From Opitutia bacterium (GTDB lineage: Bacteria; Verrucomicrobiota; Verrucomicrobiia; Opitutales; Opitutaceae), in contig PMBT01000026.1 of the NCBI GenBank assembly GCA_003153035.1, positions 296 through 64,295 of the forward strand: a DNA stretch of 64,000 bases. Direction: 5' to 3'. Of this stretch, positions 16,069 to 25,622 are shown piece after piece. Made by a program: the position numbers and the translations under genes. The notes under the pieces were generated by a model. It ran no database searches and was not told where the DNA came from. It was given only the letters and a program-made list of their open reading frames with translations. How positions within the stretch are numbered: the first letter of the stretch is position 1; every line of letters starts with the position of its first letter.

Positions 16069-18372
16069 ATGAACCCTGAACCACCACTCGAAAAGATCCT
16101 CCGACAAGAGCTGGAGACCTCGGAGAAAAGATACCGGCAGCTTTTCGAGTCGGCCCGGGAAGGCATCTTGATCTTTGATGCCGCCACCGGCCGGATCACC
16201 GCCGCCAACCGGTATCTGGCGGAGCTCTTGGACTATCTGCCGGGGGAATTATTGGAGAAACGGCCGTGGGAATTCGGTCTCTTCAGTGAGGGCACGCCAG
16301 CTGAGGCCGCCCTGCAGAAGCTCCCGGCTCAGGGCGAATTCCATTACGACAACCTCACGCTCCAGAGCAAAACGGGGCGGCCGATCGCAGTGGAGCTTTT
16401 CGGCAACGTGAAGGGGACCGGTCCAGAGAAGATTGTGCAGTGCCATCTCCGCGACATCACGAATTACCGGAAAGCCGAGCAGACATTGCGGCAGTCCCTT
16501 TCCTTGCTGCAAGCGACGCTGGATTCCAGCAGTGACGGGATCCTCGTAGCCGACCATTCGGGGAGAATCACCGGTTTCAATGGTCAGTTCGCAAGGCACT
16601 GGCGCCTGCCCCATTCCATCGTAGAATCCCACGCCGACGGGCAGATCCTGGACTTAATTGGGACTCAACTGAAGGCTCCGCTGGCGCTCCAAGCCAAAGT
16701 GCAGGAGATGCGGGCCCGCCCGGAGGCGGAGAGTTTCGACGTGCTGGAGTGCACGGATGGGCGCGTCTTCGAGTGCTATTCCAAGCCGCAGCAAATCGGC
16801 GGACAGCCGGTGGGCCGGGTGTGGAGCTTCCGCGACGTCACGGCGCGCAAGCGCGGGGAGGAGGAAATCCGCCGACTATCGCGAGCGGTGGAGCAGAGCC
16901 CCGTCAGCGTGATCATCACCGATCCGGCCGGAAAGATCGAATACGTCAACCGGAAGTGCTGCGAACTGACGGGCTACCGGCGCGAGGAACTGTTGGGAAT
17001 GAATCCGCGGGTGCTCAAATCCGGCGAAATGCCGCCCGAAGTCTACCAGCAAATGTGGAACACGGTCATCGCCGGCGGCGAGTGGCGCGGCGAGTTTCAC
17101 AACCGGAAGAAGGATGGGGAGCTTTACTGGGAGAACGCCTCCATCTCAGCGATCCGGGATGACACAGGACGAATCACCCACTTCCTTGCCGTCAAGGAGG
17201 ACATCACCCGGCAGAGGCTGCTGGAAGAGCAGCTGAGGCAGGCCCAGAAGATGGAGGCGGTGGGGCAACTGGCGGGCGGCGTGGCGCACGGGTTCAACAA
17301 CATCCTTACCTCGACCCTGATGCAGCTTGGCCTCCTACTGGACGATCCAAAGCTGACCGAGGGAACGAGGACGTCGCTCAAGCAACTTGAAAGCGAAGCC
17401 CAGCGCGCGGCCGACCTGGCCCGCCAGCTACTGACCTTCAGCCGCCGCCAAGTCATCCAGCGGAAGCCGGTGGATTTAAACAAGGTGCTGGCCGGCCTGG
17501 GCAAGACGCTGCAGCAGTTGATGGGCGAACCCATTGCAATCGACTTCGCCGGCGGGAACACTCCGCTTTGGATTGAGGCCGATGTTCGCATGATCGAACA
17601 GGTGGTGACCAACCTGTGCGTCAATGCGCGGGATGCGATGATGCCAGGCGGCGGCCGCCTGACCATTGACGCCAAGCTGATGGAGCTGGACGCGGCAGCC
17701 GCGCAAGCCAACCCCGAGGCACGGCCGGGGTTGTTCGTGTGTCTCTCGGTAACTGACACCGGCCGGGGCATGGACGAGCGCACGCTCAAACACACCTTCG
17801 AGCCCTTCTTCACCACTAAAGAGGTCGGCAAGGGCATGGGACTGGGGTTGGCCACGGTCTATGGAATCGCGAAGCAACATGAAGGCTGGGTCGAAGCCAC
17901 CAGCCAGGTTCGCCATGGCAGCGTTTTCCGGGTCTATCTTCCCGCCCTGATCACCGCCGCCCCTCCCCGGTCCGAAGCCATTGATGGGAATGCCCCGCAA
18001 GGAAAGGAATTGATCCTGCTGGTCGAAGATGAGCCGGCCGTTCGCGAGATGGTCGCGTTGGGGCTGCAGTTATTCGGATATCGGGTCCTGGAGGCAGCCA
18101 ACGGAGCCGAGGCGCTCAAGATCTGGGAAAAGCAGGCGCGGGAGATCGATTTGCTGTTCACGGATATGCGGATGCCCGGCATGACCGGCATGGAATTGTA
18201 CGGTCGCTTGAAGCGGTCGAGAACCGACTTGAAGGCAGTTCTTTCGAGCGGCTACAGCGAGGAGATCTTGAAGTTGGACCGGATCACCGACCAGGGAATC
18301 ACTTTCCTGCCGAAGCCGTATAACATAAAGACCCTGGCAGTCACGGTGCGCAACTGCCTGGACCAGAAGTGA
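16069..18372 (+). CDS. Hybrid sensor histidine kinase: three PAS domains, HisKA, HATPase and a C-terminal receiver
   Basis: PAS-like repeats are present (SEKRYRQLFESAREGILIFD; LLQATLDSSSDGILVAD; RLSRAVEQSPVSVIITD). H-box is VAHGFNNILT. N/G boxes are NLCVNARDAM, DTGRGM and GKGMGLGLATV. Receiver is ILLVEDEPAVREM...DLLFTDMRMPGMTG...KP. I prefer ATG 16069 to the TTG at 16057. Confidence 0.9.
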   Translation: MNPEPPLEKILRQELETSEKRYRQLFESAREGILIFDAATGRITAANRYLAELLDYLPGELLEKRPWEFGLFSEGTPAEAALQKLPAQGEFHYDNLTLQSKTGRPIAVELFGNVKGTGPEKIVQCHLRDITNYRKAEQTLRQSLSLLQATLDSSSDGILVADHSGRITGFNGQFARHWRLPHSIVESHADGQILDLIGTQLKAPLALQAKVQEMRARPEAESFDVLECTDGRVFECYSKPQQIGGQPVGRVWSFRDVTARKRGEEEIRRLSRAVEQSPVSVIITDPAGKIEYVNRKCCELTGYRREELLGMNPRVLKSGEMPPEVYQQMWNTVIAGGEWRGEFHNRKKDGELYWENASISAIRDDTGRITHFLAVKEDITRQRLLEEQLRQAQKMEAVGQLAGGVAHGFNNILTSTLMQLGLLLDDPKLTEGTRTSLKQLESEAQRAADLARQLLTFSRRQVIQRKPVDLNKVLAGLGKTLQQLMGEPIAIDFAGGNTPLWIEADVRMIEQVVTNLCVNARDAMMPGGGRLTIDAKLMELDAAAAQANPEARPGLFVCLSVTDTGRGMDERTLKHTFEPFFTTKEVGKGMGLGLATVYGIAKQHEGWVEATSQVRHGSVFRVYLPALITAAPPRSEAIDGNAPQGKELILLVEDEPAVREMVALGLQLFGYRVLEAANGAEALKIWEKQAREIDLLFTDMRMPGMTGMELYGRLKRSRTDLKAVLSSGYSEEILKLDRITDQGITFLPKPYNIKTLAVTVRNCLDQK

Positions 18373-18424
18373 CCGTTTTGCGCCTCAGCGAGTACCACGC
18401 CGTCTGTAATGATGCAGTCCCACC

Positions 18425-18442
18425 TGCAAAACGCGTTTTGCA
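18425..18442. other. Perfect 18-bp palindrome TGCAAAACGCGTTTTGCA
   Basis: Read directly from the sequence. It lies in the convergent gap between the kinase (stop 18372) and the GH2 gene (stop 18609). Its half-sites resemble the TGCAAAC/GTTTGCA motif found around the LacI gene at 58-60 kb. Confidence 0.6.
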
Positions 18443-18608
18443 CTGGAAGGGAAGGAACTTTCGGGTCTGGTAGCCGACCCCGGCCCGGCCTCAATGAGGC
18501 CGGCTACAACGCAAGCACTGTCTCCCAGGAGTCGGCGGTGGGGTGGAAGGCATGATACCCGGCACCACTCCGTCGAACGGAGCAGTGCCAGGTGACTTCT
18601 GCAACCGG

Positions 18609-21488
18609 TCACGGCACCGCCGGTCGCGGCGCCGCCGTTTTCGCCTGGAGCAGGATCGTCGCCGGCTGCAGCCCGGCAGACCGCGCCGTCAGCTTGATCG
18701 CGCCGGCCTCCTTGGACGATTGAACGATGATCTGCGCGAGCCCGTTGAAGACGCTGCGCCGCCACTCGACCGGCAGCGGAGGCTCCGGCATTCGCAAGCA
18801 CACGCCCTTGTTCACGCCCGCGGCCGGACCGTAGTTCGCGATGGCCACGGCAATCGTATTCTCTCCGGGATGCAGGAACGTTTTGACATCGTAGCTCGAG
18901 GCCGAACGCGGGTCGCCGGCTGACCCGATTTGCTGGCCGTTCACGAATACCTTGCCATCGCCGTCGATCTTCCCGAAGTAGAGTTCCATTGCCGGCGCAG
19001 TCAGATCCTGCGCCGATGCCATGAACCGCGTGCGGAACACGCCCTGTTCACGCAAGCCCAACGGGCCGCTCTCCGCCGTGACATCCAATTTGTCCCAGCC
19101 CGAGTCATCCATGGACCCACCCGTTTCGGGTAGATCCTGGGCATAGATGCTGGCGACTTTCTTCCATCGCCAGCCACCAATTATCATGGTGCGCAGTGGC
19201 GCCGTCGCCACAAACACGTCGGGCTCGTGGCAACTGGGATCGCCGTTGCCCACCCCGATAATCCGACCCGGGCCTTCGAGTTCAAACCTGACCGCGTTGC
19301 CCGCCACCGGGACGATACGCCCCGCGGCATCCGCGACCGCGACCGTGATGACCGAGACGTCTTCGCCGTTTGCGTCGATCGTCGGTCGATCCGGCGTGAG
19401 CAACACAGCCGCCGGCGCACCCGTGGTCTCGACCTTCGTCTCCGCCACCAGCTGTCCGCCCTTGAAACCTCTCGCGGAAAGCGTGCCCGGCGCATATGGC
19501 ACCTTCCACTTCAGTGTTTCGGTGCGCTTCAGGGTCTGCCGGCCGAGGCTCCGGCCGTTGAGGAACAGCTCGACCTCCTCGCAATTGCTTAATGCCCGCA
19601 CATCGATCTCCGAGCCTTCCTTGCCGGGCCAGTTCCAGTGGGGCAGCAGGTGCAACACCGGCCGGTCTACCCACCACGACTGGTAATACCAGTAATTGTC
19701 CTTGGGGAATCCGCAGGTGTCATAGATGCCGAAATGCGAGTTGATGCACGGCCAGCCGTAGGGGGTCGGTTCGCCGCGGTAGTCGAAACCGGTCCAGACG
19801 AAACCGCCGGACAACCAGGGACGGGAGTCGAAAAAACTCATCCATTCCTCGGCGGTGTTCGACCAAGTCTGCCCGTGGTCATCGTAGGCGGACACATAGC
19901 CGCGCTCCTTGTCGTCCGCATAGATTCCGCGCGTGCCGACGGTGCTGCCCTGTTCGCTGCCGACATTCGGCTGCTGCGGATGGGCGGCGTGGTAGGCGTC
20001 CATGTTGTCCTTTCCGATGTGGTAGCTCCACCCGCGCACCTCGATGACGGTGTTGATTCCCGTGAATTCGTTCCCGACCGCGGCGTTGCAGGTGATGGGG
20101 CGCGTCGGATCGAGCCGTTTCACCAGTTCCTGCATCGCGGTGGCGACGCGGGCGCCGGAGGGTATGCCCTGCACGGTGAATTCCTCGTTCCCCAGCGACC
20201 AGATCGCCACGCTGGGATGATTGCGGTCGCGCCGGACCTGTTCCTCAAACCACTTCAGATGCAGCGCATCGCTGCCGACCAGCCGGCTCTCGTCCATGAC
20301 GAGCATGCCAAGGCGGTCGCAGGCTTCGAGCAGCTCCGGCGTGGGGGAATTGTGCGAGGTGCGATAGGCGTTGCCGCCCATCTCCTTCAATTTTGCGATC
20401 CGGAAAAACTGCAACTGGTCCGGCAAGGCGGCGCCCACGCCGGCGTGGTCCTGGTGGTTGCAGGTGCCCTTGAGTAGATAGGGTTTGCCGTTGAGCAGGA
20501 AGCCCCGGTTCGCGTCAAACGCCACTGTGCGGATGCCGAATTCGGTCTCGACCCGGTCGACGGTCCGGCCGCCGCTCGCGATAGTCGTCACCAACCGGTA
20601 GAGCTTCGGCGTCTCCGGCGACCACAGCTCCGGCACCGCGATTTTCGTCAACTGTTCGACCTCGCCGGTCGCCGCCGCGGCAATGCGCCCGGTTTGCGAA
20701 GCGGTGCCGAGCACCTTGCCGTCGGGGCCGTCGATCTCCCACGTGACCGCGGCGTCGGCCGGCACGCTTTGCGCATTGGTCAGCCGCGCCTGCAAGTGGA
20801 TCTCGGCCGGACCCACCGGGAGATTGTCCTTGAACTGGCTGTAAACGAACACCCCGTCCGGCGCAACCGCCAGCGGCGCCGTCTTCACCAGCCAGACGTG
20901 GCGGTAGATGCCGGCGCCCTCGTAGAACCAGCCTTCGGTCTGCGTGGCATCCACCTTGACGGCAACGACGTTCTTTCCTCCGCAGTTCACGACGTCGGTA
21001 ATGTCATAGCGCACGCCGCTGTAGCCGCTCTCGTGATGGCCGACGAACCAGCCGTTGACAAAGACCGTGCAGTCGCGAAACGCGCCGTCGAACTCGAGCC
21101 AGAGGCGCCGGCCGGTGTCGGTCGCCGGCAATTCGAACGTGCGACGGTACCATCCGATGCTGTTTTGCGGAAACGCCTCGCCAAGCGCCTTGGACCCGTG
21201 GGCGGTGTCGCCTTTCGGATCAAAGGGCAATTCGACGGCCCAGTCGTGCGGCAGGTCCACCCGCCGCCAGCCCGCGTCGCCGAACCCCGCGCTCGCCGGG
21301 CCGTAGCCCGTGCCGGCCTTGGCTAGGTTCTGGGCGATTCCCCATTCGTTACCGAGGTGGAACCTCCAGCCGGCATCCAGCAGGAGGCGTTCGCGCGGGG
21401 CGGGAACGGCGGAGGCTGCGGCAGCCGCAAGGGCGCCCACCGCGAGTATGAGAACAAGGGCAAGGATACTGCGTTGATGGCGTTTCAT
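18609..21488 (-). CDS. Secreted glycoside hydrolase family 2 (beta-galactosidase/beta-glucuronidase-like)
   Basis: Track ORF trimmed to ATG 21488: MKRHQRSILALVLILAVGALAAAAASA (signal peptide). GH2 blocks: LLDAGWRFHLG, FVNGWFVGHHESGYSGVRYDIT, NHPSVAIWSLGNEE (acid/base region) and several C-terminal beta-sandwich domains. Confidence 0.88.
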   Translation of the reverse strand: MKRHQRSILALVLILAVGALAAAAASAVPAPRERLLLDAGWRFHLGNEWGIAQNLAKAGTGYGPASAGFGDAGWRRVDLPHDWAVELPFDPKGDTAHGSKALGEAFPQNSIGWYRRTFELPATDTGRRLWLEFDGAFRDCTVFVNGWFVGHHESGYSGVRYDITDVVNCGGKNVVAVKVDATQTEGWFYEGAGIYRHVWLVKTAPLAVAPDGVFVYSQFKDNLPVGPAEIHLQARLTNAQSVPADAAVTWEIDGPDGKVLGTASQTGRIAAAATGEVEQLTKIAVPELWSPETPKLYRLVTTIASGGRTVDRVETEFGIRTVAFDANRGFLLNGKPYLLKGTCNHQDHAGVGAALPDQLQFFRIAKLKEMGGNAYRTSHNSPTPELLEACDRLGMLVMDESRLVGSDALHLKWFEEQVRRDRNHPSVAIWSLGNEEFTVQGIPSGARVATAMQELVKRLDPTRPITCNAAVGNEFTGINTVIEVRGWSYHIGKDNMDAYHAAHPQQPNVGSEQGSTVGTRGIYADDKERGYVSAYDDHGQTWSNTAEEWMSFFDSRPWLSGGFVWTGFDYRGEPTPYGWPCINSHFGIYDTCGFPKDNYWYYQSWWVDRPVLHLLPHWNWPGKEGSEIDVRALSNCEEVELFLNGRSLGRQTLKRTETLKWKVPYAPGTLSARGFKGGQLVAETKVETTGAPAAVLLTPDRPTIDANGEDVSVITVAVADAAGRIVPVAGNAVRFELEGPGRIIGVGNGDPSCHEPDVFVATAPLRTMIIGGWRWKKVASIYAQDLPETGGSMDDSGWDKLDVTAESGPLGLREQGVFRTRFMASAQDLTAPAMELYFGKIDGDGKVFVNGQQIGSAGDPRSASSYDVKTFLHPGENTIAVAIANYGPAAGVNKGVCLRMPEPPLPVEWRRSVFNGLAQIIVQSSKEAGAIKLTARSAGLQPATILLQAKTAAPRPAVP

Positions 21489-21531
21489 GATAGGGAGAGA
21501 ATCGACGGGCGTTCGGGAGGATGAGGATGAC

Positions 21532-22776
21532 TCAGGAAGGAAGGGCGGGAGCATTCGCCACTGCAGTGGATGGGGCGGACCGGGCTTTGCGCATCGGCGT
21601 GGCCAGCGAACCGAAGGTGAATGCACGCCATAACCACTCAAGTGGCCCATAAGTAAAGCGCCTCAGCCAGAAATGCGCAAACACGCATTGGCCGGCAAAA
21701 ATCGCGCCGCCAACAAGCACGCTGTAGAACGACCCCAAGTGGCGGTACAGCGCCAGTCCGTAGCCGTAGAACAGCGGTACGCCCACGAGCGCTTGTGTGA
21801 CGTAACACGTCAGGCTCATCCGTCCGTACGGCGCCAGCAGGCGAAGCGCCGCCCTGGCCGTCGCCCATTGGTAGAGCAGGACAAATCCACCGGCCCAGAC
21901 GGCCATCTGCGACAGGTTGCAGTAGGACGAGATCAGATTGTCGGTCACGTAATGATCCAAATCTCGAAGCCCCCAAGCGCCAAGGTGCAGCTTGATCGGG
22001 TAGCAAACCGCAAACCCGATCGCCCCCCAGAGCAGGGCGCGCCGGGCCAGCCGCGCGCAGCGGACGGGGTCCTCAAAAACCCGGGCCCGGCCCAGCAGCA
22101 GGCCCCAAACGAACAGGCCCAGCATCTGGGTATAGCGTCCTGTTTCGATCGTCCACCAGAGCCGCGACCACTGTCCCGTCCAGAGATTGGTGGTGGTCAC
22201 ATCCCAAAACGACCCGCCGGCAAAAACATTGAAGAGCTGCCCATAGATCGCCCAGTGGCGGGGCTGTGGTGGCTGATAGCCCGGCTCGAAGAGCACGCGG
22301 CCCGTGTCCCACAACGACGGGATCTGCAGCACCAACGCCACGGAAATCCACGCAAGCGCGCGGTTGCCGAGCTTGTACAGAAACACGAGCGGCACGCCGA
22401 GGACGGCGATCACCAGCAGAATGTCGCCGCAGTAGACGATGCCGTGCAGGTAGCCGAAGATGGCCAGCACGGCCAGGCGCCATAGAAACCTCCCCTGGAA
22501 ATTGACCCCGCGCTCCGACCACCGGTTCAGGATCAGGAAGAAGCTGAACCCGAACAACAGCGCAAAAACCGCGTAGGCCTTGCCCCCGAAAAGGAAGAAG
22601 GCCCCGTCGTGCGTCGCCGCGTCGAACGGCCGCAGCCAGGCAGGGGGATTCACGGGTGCGCGGAGAAAATCCCAGTGCTCCACCGAATGCAGCAGGAGGA
22701 TTCCGAGCAGGGCCGCGCCCCGGAGAGCGTCGACCAATTCGATGCGCGGGCGGGGTTCCACCGGGGCCATTTTCAT
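21532..22776 (-). CDS. DUF418/YeiB-like polytopic membrane protein (acyltransferase-3 clan)
   Basis: Trimmed to ATG 22776: MKMAPVEPRPRIELVDALRGAALLGILLLHSVEHWDF... The protein ends ...GRMSLTCYVTQALVGVPLFYGYGL...FTYGPLEWLWRAFTF, the typical DUF418 C-terminus. The start is 2 nt after the stop of the upstream membrane-protein gene. Confidence 0.85.
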   Translation of the reverse strand: MKMAPVEPRPRIELVDALRGAALLGILLLHSVEHWDFLRAPVNPPAWLRPFDAATHDGAFFLFGGKAYAVFALLFGFSFFLILNRWSERGVNFQGRFLWRLAVLAIFGYLHGIVYCGDILLVIAVLGVPLVFLYKLGNRALAWISVALVLQIPSLWDTGRVLFEPGYQPPQPRHWAIYGQLFNVFAGGSFWDVTTTNLWTGQWSRLWWTIETGRYTQMLGLFVWGLLLGRARVFEDPVRCARLARRALLWGAIGFAVCYPIKLHLGAWGLRDLDHYVTDNLISSYCNLSQMAVWAGGFVLLYQWATARAALRLLAPYGRMSLTCYVTQALVGVPLFYGYGLALYRHLGSFYSVLVGGAIFAGQCVFAHFWLRRFTYGPLEWLWRAFTFGSLATPMRKARSAPSTAVANAPALPS

Positions 22777-22778
22777 TT

Positions 22779-24605
22779 TCAGGGGCTGGAAAGAGAGGCC
22801 GGTAGGTTCGCGCCCTGAATACCGGCGCGGACGGCGCCCGGGTAGCCGGGGGCAACGCTCATCAGCACGATCGGGTTCGCACATTGCAGCCGTCGCACGG
22901 CGCGGAATCGGACTCCCGCGGCGCGGAGGCGTTCGCCGAACGACTCCCCAAAATAGGCGAAGTCCACCTCCACCGATTCCTGAGCGCGCAGGAAGGCCAT
23001 CTGCTCGCGCAGCGTGCGCGTGGCGGCGATCTCCCAGCGAAAATGCGCGAAGGCGATCAGCATCGCGTTGGCCAGCAGCACCGCCGCGAGCCCCGTGGCC
23101 ACCCACGGCGCCGTCCGCCCGTTCGGAACGGCGAGACCGCCGATCACGGCGACCACCGGCAGCCACCACAATTGCGGCGCATACCGGGCCCACCAGGTGT
23201 GCGGGCCGATCAGGAGCGACGCGATGATCGTGCCGGCCAGCAGCGCTAGCACGAGGCGCGGCACGCCCGGACGGACCAGCGCCATTCCCAGCAGCGGCAG
23301 CCCGATCAGCAACGCCCCGCTGAAGAGCGGGCCGAACCCCGCGACGCGCACCCCGTGGATCCGAAACATGTTGAAATCGTTCCAGCCGACGTCGAACGGC
23401 CACATGAGCTGCGCATCCAAGCCGCCGGTGACCGGCTGCGCGCCGGGGCGGCCGAAGATCGAGTAGGCGAGCCGATAAACGCGGTTGCGACCGACCAGGT
23501 TCGCCGGCGTCTCGTAACGCTCGTTCGGATCGCGTTCCCGCTGGCTGAAGCCAGGATTAGCGGCGGTGCCGGCCCACGGGTAAAACGGATTCCCGCGATG
23601 CACCGTGTTGGTCACGTAGGGATTGAAGCCGAACAGCGCGGTCCCCACCAGGATGGCGCTGGATTGAACCAGGACATAACGCGCCAGTCGGTCGCGCCGT
23701 TTGAGAAGGACAAAAAGCCCGCCGGCAGCGACTGCGAAACAGACATAAACGAGTCCCGTCTGCTTGGCGTTGATGCAGAGAATGGCCGATATGCCCGCGA
23801 CCCACGGCACCAGCCGGCCCGGCCGCCGGAAACTGCCGATCATGGCGGCGAGGAAACAGGCCAGGAACGAAGCCACGAGTCCGTCCACCAGATAGGAGGC
23901 GAGTTCGCAGAGGACGACTGGATTCAGGGCGACGAGCGCCGCAATGACGAAAGCGACCCGGCGGCGGCGACCGAACTCGAGCGCCACCGCGAACACGGCG
24001 AGGGTCGACGCGGCGAGCGCGATCCATGGCGCCGCCTTCGCCCACTCGATGTGGTGCGTCGTCTGGAACAGCGCGAGCGCCACATACCACGGTCCCTTGG
24101 CATAGTGGCGCACCCACGTTTCGAGATCGGGAGAGAAGCTGTGCAGCGGATCGCGCAGCGGATTCCAGCCGTGCGCCATTTGATACACCGCCGTCTGGTG
24201 ATACCACTGCCCGTCCCAGCCAAAGTCGAAGAAGCTGCCGGCGAAGAACAGGCCGGCCCCGACAATGGAAAGCGCGATGACCGGCGGCGCGAGGCGCCGC
24301 CGGCCACGCAGGTCCTCGCGGCGGGCTATCCAGTCGGCGGCGACCAGCGAACCCAGCAGCGCCGCCGGCGCGATGAACGGCGAAACGCGCGCGCCGAGAC
24401 AAAAGCAAAGCATGACGCCGAGGTGCGTGATTCCCAGAAAGGACAACAAGATCGCCGCGGTCGACCAGCAGATAGTCGAGAGCTCGCGGTTCAGAGCACC
24501 GGTTTCGATTTCTGCGGCTGCCTGGTTCTCCCGCAGCGCCAGACCGTGGTTCCCGAGCGGAGCCCGATCGCCGGCGTCGTTGCTCGCGGGCATTCCGCCA
24601 TTCAT
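22779..24605 (-). CDS. Large polytopic integral membrane protein (608 aa), family unknown; GT-C-like topology is possible
   Basis: At least 12 predicted hydrophobic helices and a roughly 90-aa soluble C-terminal tail (TLREQMAFLRAQESVEVDFAYFGESFGERLRAAG...). It has consistent codon usage and is tightly coupled to the DUF418 gene. No motif I can assign with confidence. Confidence 0.7.
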   Translation of the reverse strand: MNGGMPASNDAGDRAPLGNHGLALRENQAAAEIETGALNRELSTICWSTAAILLSFLGITHLGVMLCFCLGARVSPFIAPAALLGSLVAADWIARREDLRGRRRLAPPVIALSIVGAGLFFAGSFFDFGWDGQWYHQTAVYQMAHGWNPLRDPLHSFSPDLETWVRHYAKGPWYVALALFQTTHHIEWAKAAPWIALAASTLAVFAVALEFGRRRRVAFVIAALVALNPVVLCELASYLVDGLVASFLACFLAAMIGSFRRPGRLVPWVAGISAILCINAKQTGLVYVCFAVAAGGLFVLLKRRDRLARYVLVQSSAILVGTALFGFNPYVTNTVHRGNPFYPWAGTAANPGFSQRERDPNERYETPANLVGRNRVYRLAYSIFGRPGAQPVTGGLDAQLMWPFDVGWNDFNMFRIHGVRVAGFGPLFSGALLIGLPLLGMALVRPGVPRLVLALLAGTIIASLLIGPHTWWARYAPQLWWLPVVAVIGGLAVPNGRTAPWVATGLAAVLLANAMLIAFAHFRWEIAATRTLREQMAFLRAQESVEVDFAYFGESFGERLRAAGVRFRAVRRLQCANPIVLMSVAPGYPGAVRAGIQGANLPASLSSP

Positions 24606-24715
24606 GGGCGAAGCGCGAAGCTCAGCAGCGCACGTTTGCAGGGCAGGCAGTCCATTTTTCGTCTTCAGCGTTTAGCAGTTGACCCTTTTGATATCACAAT
24701 CGTTCGATTGCGTCC

Positions 24716-25576
24716 ATGGATCGCATCCCAAAAAACATTCGTGAAATCCACTCGCTTGGCGCGCGGACGCGCGAATGGATGGTCAGCAGCCGGCAGGTGC
24801 CCGGGTTCGGAGCCACCCACACGCGGATCGCCGGATATACCGAGGCCCGCGCCGGCTACGAGTTCGTCCGGTTCTCCCCGGCGTATAGCGTGATTCTTGT
24901 CGGCGCGCAGGGCGAGGGACAGGCCCTCGTCGACGGCGTCTGGCGCCGCTTTCCGCCGGGATTTGCCTACATCACGGCGCCGCGCGCGCTGAACGCCTTT
25001 CACATTGCGTCCGGAAGCCGCTGGCGGCTCCACTGGGTGCTCTATGAGGAATCGGCCAGCCTCCCGACGGTCGAACCGGGCCGCCAACCGCGGCTGATCC
25101 CGGTCGACGGGACAGGCTTCCGCCTCGCGGTGGAGGGGCTCTGCCACGAGAACGCGGGTAAGGCGGACCAGGCGGTCATGGGATTCTGGGCAGCCCTGGT
25201 TGACCGGATGGTGTGGCGGATCCTCGAGTCGGAGATGGGGGAACCGCGGCTGGACCAGCTCTGGCTGGCGATCCGGGAAGACGTCGGGGGGACGTGGAAC
25301 CTGCGGCGCATGGCCCGTTGCATCGGCATGAGCGAGGAGAACCTGCGGCGCCTCTGTCACCGCCACGTGCACCGGTCCCCGATGTCCCATCTCACCTACC
25401 TGCGGATGCTCGCGGCTACCGATCTGCTGTGCCATTCGACGGAAAAGATCGCCTCGATCGCCGCTCGCACCGGCTATGGGGATGCGTTTTCGTTCAGCAC
25501 CGCCTTCAAGCGGGAGATGGGCATGCCGCCGAAGCGGTTTCGGGCCGCTAATCGGCCGGAGGGAATTCCAGCGTAG
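24716..25576 (+). CDS. AraC/XylS-family transcriptional regulator
   Basis: The C-terminal double HTH is LRRMARCIGMSEENLRRLCHRHVHRSPMSHLTYLRMLAATDLLCHSTEKIASIAARTGYGDAFSFSTAFKREMGMPPKRFR. The N-terminus is a cupin-like sensing domain. The gene is divergent from the membrane protein/DUF418/GH2 cluster. Confidence 0.9.
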   Translation: MDRIPKNIREIHSLGARTREWMVSSRQVPGFGATHTRIAGYTEARAGYEFVRFSPAYSVILVGAQGEGQALVDGVWRRFPPGFAYITAPRALNAFHIASGSRWRLHWVLYEESASLPTVEPGRQPRLIPVDGTGFRLAVEGLCHENAGKADQAVMGFWAALVDRMVWRILESEMGEPRLDQLWLAIREDVGGTWNLRRMARCIGMSEENLRRLCHRHVHRSPMSHLTYLRMLAATDLLCHSTEKIASIAARTGYGDAFSFSTAFKREMGMPPKRFRAANRPEGIPA

Positions 25577-25622
25577 CGTGCGGCCGTGGTCGTCGCCTCC
25601 GCCAGAACCAGTGGAGCAAATG

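Noticed and set aside
21532-23403. 623-aa track ORF suggesting a much longer DUF418 protein
   Set aside because: The N-terminal 209 residues are Arg/Ala/Gly-rich and overlap, in another frame, the well-supported 608-aa membrane-protein gene. The internal ATG at 22776 gives a typical DUF418 N-terminus (LVDALRGAALLGILL).
23355-24893. 512-aa plus-strand ORF across the membrane-protein gene and the AraC start
   Set aside because: Antisense shadow ORF with Arg-rich nonsense composition. It conflicts with two supported genes.
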